Shown here in pieces: positions 1 to 11,100 of a stretch of DNA of 64,000 bases. The position numbers and the translations under genes were made by a program. The DNA is from Macrostomum hystrix (lineage: Eukaryota; Animalia; Platyhelminthes). The stretch covers positions 14,818,001-14,882,000 of the forward strand of contig CATNEN010000001.1 of the NCBI GenBank assembly GCA_950097015.1, written 5' to 3'. Position 1 is the first letter of the stretch. The number at the start of each line of letters is the position of its first letter. Below the pieces are notes generated by a model, which was not told the DNA's origin, ran no database searches, and worked only from the letters and a program-made list of their open reading frames with translations.

Positions 1-1117
1 AAATCTACGATTACTCACTACCAGGGACAACTAAAACTACAGATTCTATATTCTATATATTCTATATTATATTATTCTATATTCTATATTATATATTACA
101 GATTCTATGAGTTTGAATGACAAAACCCGAGATTGAATGGCACAGAGCGATAGTCTATGGGCCAAACCGCGCCAACTGGCTGGATTAATTCTATGGGGGG
201 CTGAGTATGAATGACAAAACACTGAGATTGAATGGCAAAAGCTATATTTAATCTAACCGTTAATGCCTGATAGCAGAGAAGACTTGAAAAAGCCATAGAA
301 CAATACTTTTAAGCGAGCCCCTCAGATTTTTTGCCATGAATTGGCTCGTTTCGCGTCCCGAGGGTTTTAGTTGTCCTTGCTCACTACAATTCACAATTGT
401 CCTTTGTCCTATCAATCTGAAATCACAACAATAGCCTAGCCAGCCTCATTGTGTCCAACCCAGACTCACAATAACTGCCGCCATTTAAACTATGAGCTTT
501 ATAGACTCAAACAGCTTTGAGCCTGAGATGGGAGATGAGAATAGAGGAAGTGGGAGGCTAAGAGGGTGCGCAAACTTGGCCAATGAGTTTGGCACGTATT
601 GGCACAACCAGTAAGTTTCACACCCACCTCTGTACAGCCTCTCGCATTCGCAATTTTTTCACTTGACTTTTTTAAAGTGTTTTTTACACCAAACCCCAAA
701 CAATAGAGCACAGCGCTGCTTGATTTGCAGGCTATTTTATTATTCTAATTCAATTAATGCGCCTGCTGGTTGCTGGCATGGGTTTGTTCTAGCTCTAAGC
801 AAATCAGATTTCTGTAATTTCTGGAGTACATTAGCTGCAATGGATTTAGTATTTGATCCAGCGATTACATATGCCATTCAGTATCTGCGATAGCATCAAT
901 GTCTGTCTCTTCCCAAAGCCCCTTTCTCGGCTTAATTTGCTATAGGCATTGAACACTAACGGATTTAAAGCCAGTGAGAAGTAACGGAAGTTCAGAAATT
1001 AACAGTAACTGAAGTGCTAAAAGCGAATACTACCGAACATGTTGTAAAAATTAGCATCCAAAGTGCTGCCAGTGAGAAGCAAACGTGAAAAAGTTTTAAT
1101 TGAGAAGTTATAGAAGT

Positions 1118-1411
1118 AATAATAATAGTAATCATACTTGTAATTGCAGGAGGGCTGCCATCAATGACACATCATTTTGTGACACTAGACCCGCAGCCGG
1201 CGAGGAGGCAATTCAGAACTTTTCACTAACTACTGACTTTCTTATCGTCAGGCAGTGTGCACTTTCACTGTGTTGTGAAGGTTGTCCTTCAAGAGCGTAA
1301 ATTGCACGACAAGCCCCCAAGCCCTCTCTCCGCGGCTGCGCCCCAAATGAATGTGGCCTCGCCGTGGAATCGAGCTCAAAGACATTGGTGCAAGGGGCAG
1401 ACTCGTTAACC
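1118..1411 (-). mobile_element. SINE family A copy (tRNA-derived head, ATT-rich tail)
   Basis: Shares blocks TGACACTAGACCCGCAGCC, CTGACTTTCTTATCGTCAGGCAGTGT and CCCCAAGCC.TCTCTCCGCGGCTGCGCCCCAAATGAATG with copies at 3.1, 11.4, 21.9 and 25.7 kb. Confidence 0.75.
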
Positions 1412-1883
1412 GTTAACTTCTTTTACGAGTATATAGAAGATAAAAGCAACGGAAATGAAGACAGTGGAAAGTAACGGAAGTGCTGAATGAAAATGTAGCG
1501 GAAGTAACGAAAGAAACGGAAGTTAAAATTCAAGGAAGTCAAGAAAGCGAATATTTGCCGAATGAAGTCAGCTATAATAACAAAAAAAGTAATAATGTTG
1601 AATTGCTAGTAGTTGATACAAACGAAAGTGAATTTATGGCAGTGAAAAGTAACAGAAGTGTTGTGATATACGGCGGGAAATGTGTTGATTGCTTTTTCAT
1701 CAAAAACCTCCAAAATAGTTCCATTAATTTCTGACAGCAGCTAACGAACTCTTGTTGTTTTATCACAACGATGCGAAAGATAAGTAAAAGCAAATTTAAT
1801 TTGTATTTGCATTTGCATTGTGCGATTACAGCAACTTTGACTTAATTTTCTACAACATCAGAAGCTGAAGAAACAGATTTGTC

Positions 1884-2453
1884 TTAGACATATTCGCGCC
1901 GCACAGCTCTTGGGTGGTACAACCGATGACACCTACTGGAGCCAGCCAGTAGAGTTGACGCTTGCGCAGTCGAGGCGCTCGTTGAATTAATCGACGACGA
2001 GTCGTCAGCGTCGTCGTCCTCCAGCTCCACCACGGTGGGTATCAGCAGGACTCGCGTCTCGTCAACAATTCGACCAGCGGCGGTGGAAGCGACACCGGGA
2101 ACTGTGGCGTTGTCGCTTTGAAGGATAGGAGGCATCGGCTGCATTCGAATGCTGGAGCTAGTCTGGTGATGCTGCTGCTGCTGCTGCTGCTGGGAGCAGA
2201 GCGAGTACTGCTGGCAGCATGCGTAGTCCGATGCGCTGTCCGTCCACAGAGACTGTCCACCGCCAAGATCTTCAGCGTCGTCATTGCAGGAGGAGCCGGT
2301 GGAAAAGTAGAACTCAGCACCGCAGCAGCTGAATCTGCTGCTGTCTCGTAGGCAGCAGTACAGAGTTGCTGCCACCAGCACCCCGGCGCTCACAGCTGAC
2401 GTGGCCAACGCCAAGCACACTGGCCAAGTGGCCGAAGCCAATGTTGAAGACAT
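1884..2453 (-). CDS. Small single-pass membrane protein (189 aa), unknown family
   Basis: GC-rich ORF. N-terminal hydrophobic segment (WPVCLALATSAVSAGVLVAATLY) is followed by CCLR (possible palmitoylation), then a low-complexity Q/S/acidic tail. An apparent 5'UTR intron lies upstream (donor GTAAGT near 2641, acceptor TTTCAG near 2512). Confidence 0.6.
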   Translation of the reverse strand: MSSTLASATWPVCLALATSAVSAGVLVAATLYCCLRDSSRFSCCGAEFYFSTGSSCNDDAEDLGGGQSLWTDSASDYACCQQYSLCSQQQQQQQHHQTSSSIRMQPMPPILQSDNATVPGVASTAAGRIVDETRVLLIPTVVELEDDDADDSSSINSTSASTAQASTLLAGSSRCHRLYHPRAVRREYV

Positions 2454-3106
2454 GCTTGTTGGGCTTCTGTTCGGCTACCGTGACTGTCTTATCAAACCCG
2501 TGAGCTGCAGCTGAAATTAGGGCTCTATTGAGTCTAACGGCTATTGGCTGAAGAGAAGCAGCTCATAATAGATTCGTTCATGCTTGAGGAAAATTTAGTG
2601 TATAGTAAACCAATGAGATTTAGGCGAGCAATGAGACTTACCTTTGTGGGAGTCTGCACAAGTTGCCAGCTAAGCGGCGCCTAATTTCCTGACCCCCGCT
2701 ATCCATGCGTGCAAACAGACAGAAGACTTCCTGACTTTACTGTCATTTCCTCGCTTCGTTTCTTCCTCCCCTAGTTACAAATTGATCTACGATATCGAAT
2801 TGCTAACAAGTGTCAGATTGGTTTCAAGTTCTGAAAGTCACTAACTGCATGAGGATGAGCTTTTTTTAAAGAACTAATTAAGGATTTTTCTTAATTAGCA
2901 AGAAAACTGAAATTGCGAATCGATTAGGTACCTGATTTGAGCAAAATTGAGCAAAAATGGTGGCAAAAACAAAAAACACTCAGCTTCAACCACAATGTTA
3001 CTTGAGGCTGTAGCTGAATGTGGTCGACAGAATAATACAGTAAAGTACACATACCCCCGTTTCAGCACTTTTCAAGAAGTGTTTAAAGTAGTAAGTTAGT
3101 ATATTT

Positions 3107-3475
3107 GATAATAAAAATAATTATTAATTGCACGAGGTCTGCGGGCAATGGCACATCATTTGGTGACACTAGACCCGCAGCCAGCGAGAAGGCGATTCTG
3201 CACTTTTCACTGACTAATTTGAGCACACACGCACACAGATACTGTACGCAGGCACACGCTCACACAGGTGTGTACATCTGCCCTGACTTTCTTATCGTCA
3301 GGCAGTGTACACTTCACCGTACCTTGGAGGTTGGCCCTCAAGGGCGTAAATTGCACGACAAGCCCCCAAGCCTTCTCTCCGCGGCTGCGCCCAAATGAAT
3401 GGAGCCTCGCCGTGGAATCGAGCTTAGGGACCTTGGTGCGAGAGGCAAACGCGTTAACCGCACTGCCAGTGACCC
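3107..3475 (-). mobile_element. SINE family A copy, near full length
   Basis: Same body as the other copies. The head on the minus strand reads GGGTCACTGGCAGTGCGGTTAACGCG...AGCTCGATTCC (A/B-box-like). Confidence 0.78.
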
Positions 3476-5050
3476 TAGTAGGTTTGTCAGTCCCTAGTTT
3501 TATTTCAATATTTTAAACATCGCCTGTGCTTTCGGCTCATAATCATAAAAACGATTTATTATATAATTATGTTCTCTTGAACGTTTGGATCTCCATGATC
3601 CTATCTGCACCAATGCCACTTAACAATGCAATCAGTATTATGACGACAACATTGTCCGGATCAACTTTCGATATTAGCCCGAGCCATCAAGAATCAGCAA
3701 CAAGACAGAATAAGACCACTGGTAGTGTTACTCAGCATCACACAATGTCGGCGTCAGACTCCATTAGTGAATAAAAGTCCAACAGAAAATTCGCAGGCCT
3801 TGACAAACACCATTGCTAGTTCCCCACAGTGTGTTTGCCAAGCTCTCCGTAGCCTCACTTCTGTCCAATTCTATGCCATTATTGTGTCCAATGCGTGTGC
3901 CGCGCTTGAGTCAACAAATCCGGCAGTTTGCATTGATACCTAATCAGATATTGCTGGTAAAGGTTATAAGTGCATCGACTCGGGAGAAAGTCAGCGGAAA
4001 TGCCATGCAATTGAGATGATTGCCACAGATAGACGAGTGCATATGTGGAAATTGTGCTCTATTCACTTAATAGAATAATTAGAACTATGACTAATAGTGG
4101 TTTCAAATGGCACAGCCTCTTAGGCAACATGAGAGCTTTGAGCGAGAAATAATAGAGAATAATAATTGCAGCTGAAACTGGGAGACAAGATTAAGAGTAG
4201 CTTCCAAACTAATACCAGCCTCTGTCTGTAAAATAATGGTCATCCTATTCACTAGCAAACACCCTGCCCTACCCAGCCGCCACTGCGAATTTTTTTCACG
4301 CTTGAACGAATAGTCTATTTAGCAGTGACTTTCTTCCCACTAATAATTGAATTCTACCTGGGAAGGAACAGAAAAGGGAGGAAACGGGAGCTGAGGCTGG
4401 GCTAGGGTGACAGAAAGATGAGGTTGAGCAGGTGGGCCAGTAAGGACTCGGGAACGTCAATCACAGCCCTCGGACTGTCATCTTCCTGGGCGTTCGTTTC
4501 CTCTAAAAAATCCCGTTGAACCCCTCACTTAAGCCAGATTTAGGCTAAGCCCTATAGGCCTTCAAAGTGAAGTCAACTTAGTGAGGTTAGTGAGTCCCGG
4601 AGAGCGACTTAGAAAAGGTGTGGGCGAATAAGGCAGGATGAAAAGACACCTTCACATTTTACTTTGCCCCTCGGACCAACCTAGCTCGTATATAATTTCC
4701 TAAAGGCAGATGTGAGCACAAAGCTCTAACTGAGCGACATTCGGCTACTGAATCATGCGACAGATTTTATTATCAAGGAATGACCCATATGGTTGAGTGC
4801 ACCTCTGCCTGTGATTAGATTAGGGAATGGGTCACAGACTCCAATTGTGGGCCTAACTGTTGCTCAGGTAGAGGCACGCGATTTCTCTTAATAGGAAATA
4901 ATTTGCTCGAATTTGCATTGAGCAAATTTAAAAGAATCAACTTCAACTTGAAATTGTTAACGTCATTATATTTGTTGTAGGAGTAAAAACCTAAATACCA
5001 CAGAGCAGATATCTTCAGTATTTTGGTTTGTGTTCAGTGACCACGGCATA

Positions 5051-5157
5051 CTACTTGCATCGACCGCAGGTTTTCGAGCAAAGGCTGTGCAGTGTGGAGC
5101 ACATTTTAGATTTCTTGATGGCTTGACAATCGTTCAGCTTCAGTCGATCGTGACAAC
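5051..5157 (-). CDS. Terminal exon of the giant gene: C-terminal ShKT domain
   Basis: TTTCAG acceptor, phase 1; GCHDRLKLNDCQAIKKSKMCSTLHSLCSKTCGRCK* has the six-Cys ShKT pattern ending CxxTCGxC. Confidence 0.8.
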
Positions 5158-8100
5158 CTGAAAGTTTGAATTGGTTAAGCGATAATACATAGGCTGAGTT
5201 TCCAGCGATTCAATAGTTCCATGATTGTTGAATTATAAATCTCAGCTCAGCTTACCTTTGGCAGCGCTGACGCATTTCTCGCTTTTGGTGACTTTCTTAG
5301 CCACGCAACGGTATCCTCCGTGCTTGCTGTTGGACGAAACCGGATATGTGACGTAGTACTCAGTGCAAACCATGCGCCGACCGCATTTGCACGACGATCG
5401 GGTCTCCTTTCGCTTGGGGCACTTCGGCGAGCACTTAAACGATTCTGTGTGGGTCTGCACCACGCATTTGCCTTTGCGGCTCTTTTTCTCGGTGTACGAA
5501 GTCGTCACAGAACGCTGCCAGCCCTTTCCAGGAACATGAACACAACGGCCAACTTTGCGAGTACGGTCAAGGCCTCCGCAACCACTGCAGTCGACAATAC
5601 TAGCTCGCCTGTGAACCCTGCAATGGTCTTTGTCGCTGTGCCTGGACACAACAAGCCATGTCAGCTTGCGTTTGCCATGCTTCGAGCATCGTCCGACAAT
5701 CAATTTCGAGCCGACTGGACAGTTGACGCATCGCTTCTGGCTCTCTGACAGTCTGACGCGCCACAGGTGCATCCAATGATCGTAGTAGATGCCGCCTCGA
5801 GTGATCTTTTGCCAACCCTCCTTCGAGCAGCGACCAATCCGAAGGTGGATGAGATCAGCGTTTATCTTGTGTCTTCTGCATTGGCGGCAGCTGTGCCGGC
5901 AGAGCTGTCTGACTTTGGCGCTCTTGGAGCACTTGCCACGGTGCGCCACTTCTGTGCACCAATGCTTGGTGTCTTCACATTTGCGGCATGGCACTAGGAC
6001 GCGTTGAGTGCGTCGACGACAGCGACCGTAGTGGTGATAGTAGACGGCGACAAATGCATGACGGTAGCAGAATGGGTGTTGATGCTTGCCAAAGACTGGC
6101 CGGCAATGACACCGAGAGATTTTCAGGATGCGCCTATACGGGCAGACCAGTTTTCTGGCTTTGCAGGTCTTCTCAAACAGCAGACAGCCGGGAGTGAAAC
6201 GCAGTCCCAATGTGCCACGATGCAGACTATGATGATTTTGACGAAGGAGCTTGCAGTTGCTTGAAGCCGGGTGGTAGTCGAAGGCTCGACAGAGCGGACT
6301 AGCCTCACAGGAGCGACTGCAGGCCTCGAAAGTAGACTTCTTGGCGAGTATCAGATCAGTCTTTCCACCGATGCGGGCAGGCAGACGGGACTTGAGCTGG
6401 GAGGTGAGGCAGTGCTCTCCTGAGTAGACTATGGTTGGCTTGCTGCAGCCTGCAGGTTGATGGGTTTAAATTCCAAGAGGTCCAATGACTTAGTGTGAAC
6501 ATTGAGTGATACGAAAGCATGGCCTTTCAATGAACACTTACAATGTCCGCAGGTAGCAGCGCACAGTTGCTCAGCCAAATGTGGATGTCTCTTGCATATT
6601 TTAATGTGTTGCAAAGAGGCCCACTTCTTGCAGACCTTGCTAGGTAGTTTATCTATACACGCGGCCTTGCAATCCACAAGCTGGTTGTAGACCTTGCTCT
6701 TGCAACGGCACCGCCTTGGCAGGTAGACAGTAACGCTGACCGAGCGTTTCCCGGAGTGGCATTTTCGTCCCAGGCGAACCAGCGGCTTGCGGCACAGGAT
6801 GCGGAGCCGATTTTCTTTGCTAACCAGCCTGCAATGCCTTGAGTCGCCGTGACGCGAGCGATGTACTAGGCGGTATCGATAGATTTTCACAGACAGCAGT
6901 CGGTTGGCATGGCAACGTGTGACGCGACGTGCTCGCTTCGGACAAGCGCAGAGGCTTACGTGAGATCGGCTGGTTTGCCTATAAGAGCAGTAATGATCAA
7001 TTTTAGACGTAAATGAGTGCCATTGATACTGTACTGTGTGGCACAATCTTCCAAAACAGCTCCATTTTCGAATATCTTTATCTTTACTCTCGCACATTTT
7101 CGTGAGCTCGAATCTGCCGCGGGGGATATACTTCGTATTTACTCTTATTTGGGGTACTGCCCCAGATAGAAGGCTTGGTGGATGTTGGTGCAATCTACGA
7201 CCATGAGGGCTAACCCTCAAGGTACAGTGAGAGTGTTCACTGCCTGACAGAAAAAGTCAGGCCAGATGTACACATCAGTTGGAGTGTGTGTTCGCGGACA
7301 GTATCTGTGCGTGTGTATTCATGTGTCAGCGAAATGGGGAGAATTTGTACTATCGCCGAAAAGATCCTTACAAATATTAATAAAGTAAAACAACTTTCGA
7401 GATTTGGAGATAAGTAAAAATTCGAGCAGCATTTACCGACACTTGCAGCCATCCCTGTACTGCCACGTCACTGTAACCACTGCAAACTTTCGTCCATCAC
7501 CAGCTGCTTCTTTAGCGGCCTTGGCAGCCCGACCGTGGCCGCATCGTCCCCAGCTTCTAGTGCGACGCCGGCTGCAGGTGATTCGCTCGCGACCGACAAT
7601 CCGCTTGCGCCAGCGACAGTGGTTGTTCTGAGGATGCAGCCAGAACTCTTTGGTGACCAGAACACCGTGACTAGCTGAACATTGTGTTGACCTGCGTTTT
7701 CGTTTGATGCATCCGCATAGACGCAGGCCGCTCTTTTGAGTTTGCCTCACACAGTGACAATTGCGAACGTGCCAGCTCTGTTTGTAATAGTGTCGATAAT
7801 AGCCTGTACCATGACGCTGGCAGTGCCCCTTCAGTATGCGGCTGCCCGAGCGGCATTGAACGGCTTGTTCTGAGCGCCGGGAGATCGGACGGCAGGCCCC
7901 GTGGAGCAGCTTATGCTTAATGTGAACACGAACCCGCAAGTGCCGGTGCTTGTCACAGAAGCTGTAGTTTCGACTCGGGCGCTTGCAGCCTGTTAAAATC
8001 AACGACAAAAATATTTTTTTTGTATTTCAACAAACTTAAATTGTTGTAAAAGTAGCTCGTACGTCTAACAATAACACATACGAAAAAACTGAAAATTAAT

Positions 8101-11100
8101 TCCCACTGTTGCCACTTACAGCAAATCTCGCTCCAGGTCTTGATCTTTCTTCGGCATCGGCACCCGTGCACGCTGTACGTGATCAGACTCTGCCTTCGTT
8201 GGCAGCTGTGTCGATGGCAATGACCACGGACAAATTTGCGATTGTGTCGACAAACCACTCGACGCTTTGAACATTGTCGTCGTTTTGTACAGCCGTATGG
8301 ATGTAGCTTGTAGCCAATGCGACATCGGACCTTGTACCAGCGACCGTGCTCATCGCGACGGCATGCTCGCTGACTGCGAGACGGCGGGCAACGGCATCGG
8401 ATAGGGCGCAGGTGGCGGCGTTTTGTGCGGCATATGCATGTGTTTTGATCGACGTATCGAGTTTCAAGAACATCGCGTCGCCAGTCATCAGCATCGCATT
8501 TTCCGCGATGTCTGATAGACGCGGAACGACAGTGAGCGTACAGCGATGCGGAGATGTCGATTCGGTGGATCACGCGGCGACAGACGCTTTTATGAGCATC
8601 AAAATTATAGCTGGTTTTGATTCGGATCCGTCGTCCGTGACTGCAGATCACTCGCTCGGAGTTTTTGCCAAGGCAGCAGCACACGCGGGACTTAGTGCTA
8701 CGGGTTCGCTGGCACTTGCCAGTATGCTTGTCCCGACGCCATTCAGTGTGAGTGATCAGTCGACGGCAAGTGTCGCGCTTGCATGCGCCAACTTGTTTCT
8801 TGGGGTTTCTTTTGCAGTGCTTCTGACAGGCGCGCTCAAAGATCCGCGAGGCCGGGAAGTGGTAGCTAACAATGGAAAGTGTCAATGTATTGTATTAATG
8901 ATTTAGTCATGTCAGGTCAAAGGCTGATAATATAACTGATCAAGAAATGCATCAAGTAGTAATCAAGTAGTACGAATGCATACCATAACTCTCTATAATC
9001 CCGGAGAACATGTAACCCTAAATACTTTGTTTATTAACATATTTTGGCTAACAAAGTGCTCGCTCCGACTTACTCTCGTTTTCCTCCCATCGTGAGATAG
9101 TGTAGTCGTCTTGGCTTGCTAGCCAGCCATTTCACGTAGCGACCGTCCTTTGGTAGCGAGCCGAATCCGATGACAAACACGCGGGCCTTGCGCCTGATCT
9201 TCTCGGCGAGAGTAACTGAACTTTGACTCTCCGTGTGCTTGCCCCTGGTCACAATGAGCACGATTCTTTTCACGCCTTTCGGGTGCCTCTGGCTGCTTCG
9301 GTGCAGCTGAGCATTGATGGCTTTCAGCGCGCCATGCAGATTAGTTTTTCCGTTAGTAAAGTCGACAAACGATATCGACTTGTGCTTACCGTGCGACTTA
9401 ATATGATGTTTGTGTACCGAGGAGCTGTAGGCAAACAAGGTGGTGCGAACCTTCGACGAGCCGTACTTGAAGTGGCGTAAAACGGTTTCCAGGAATCGGG
9501 CAACGTGGCTTCGATAGCCAGAATGAGCGTCGCCACCTTTCGGCGAGTGCAAATCGACAGCGACAACCAGCTCGACAACCTTGTACTTACACGAGCAATG
9601 GCGATTGTGGAGACGCACTCTACGAACGCATCTGCAGCCTTGCTTGGCCCAATAATGCACAGCGTACTGTTGGCGCCCTTGTTTGCAACGACCGTGAATG
9701 GCGTAGCGAAGTTTTTGAGGGCAGTGCACCGGTCGGTGCGCGTCGGAGACAGAGGCGTGGCAGCGACCGTCGTGCAAGCGGTAGCTCACTGTGCGGACTC
9801 GGATAGAGCCGTGGATGCAGGAGCGACTGCGTCTTGGTGCAGGGCAGCAGCAGCGACGACCTGTCTGGTGCACCTTGGTGGATGACACACAACGGCAGGC
9901 TCGAGCGTGGAATCGCTTGATGACGACTGTGACCGCACAGCTTCCGCCACGATGGCAGCGTTTTCGCTGCTTCGAATGCGGGCAGCGAACGTGGTGCCGT
10001 CTTACACTAGTACGACGGATGCACCGACAATGCGACAAGTGCCAGCAGGTGCGTGATATTACTATCTCCTTTCCGGTCGAGCTGCATCGACGCTTCTTGA
10101 CGCACGGCTGACAGCTTAAGAAGAAATAAAAACAACTTTTAGTAGTTAAGTGACGAATAGGAATAAGTATTGATTTTCATACAGTGGTATTTACCTTGAT
10201 CGGCACGGCACCTTCTTGAACTCTCGCTTGCATAGGCAGCCGACGCGGACGGCTCTTACATAGACCTTAAAGTACAAACCCTTTTGGCTGGAGTTAAAAG
10301 CTTTATGAGAATAGCGCCATGCCTTGTGGTGACCACAGAGCACCCGACGGAACCTTCGCTTAACCGACTTAAGACAGCGCCCATGCCTGAGCTTGTAGCT
10401 TGTACGAATGTACTCTACCAGGCCACGTTTGTGATGACAGCGAGAGTATGCGCGCGGTCGCCAACACCGGCAGGTTATACAACTTCGCCGGGTCACGCGT
10501 ACGCATCGACACGCATCTCTGCGCCAGCTGATCGTCTTCTTGACGTAGTAGAAGCCATATTTTGTTGGGTGGTCGCAGCGGCTGCGGCTAACTGACTCAT
10601 ATGGGCAAACGATTGGCAGGGAGTGAACTCGAGTCTGACGGAAACAGTAGCCATCAACTAGACGCCAGTGCGTCAGCAGAATCTCATTGTTGCATTCATC
10701 ATCATCTGAGCAGCTGCAGTGTCGCCGTTTAGTTGGACGCTGGCAGCCTAATAAAAAAATTCAAAGGAAAAACCGTCAAATAAAATGTATCTAATCACGA
10801 AAGTTTTAGAAAAAACAAAGTGCAATGGCACTCACGGTATCGTTTAAAATGGGTGCGACATCGCTTTACGCAACGGCAGCCTTTGCGCACAGTCCAGCAC
10901 TTGTCGAGCTTGAGAATGCCTCCCTTGAGACGTGTACTGCGATGGGTTTCGTTGCGCTTGCACTCTGTTAAAGTTCAGAGAAACGAACAGTTTTTGTATT
11001 TAAACTGCTTCATTCCGTGTCATTGTGCCTCTAGTGTGTCTAATTGTGTGTTAGAAGGATATGTTTCAATATTTCCATAGTGAATAATATGGCAGTTACT

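Noticed and set aside
3526-4960. Short ORFs or possible transposon remnant between the two left-hand genes
   Set aside because: No recognisable motif, splice structure or terminal repeats.
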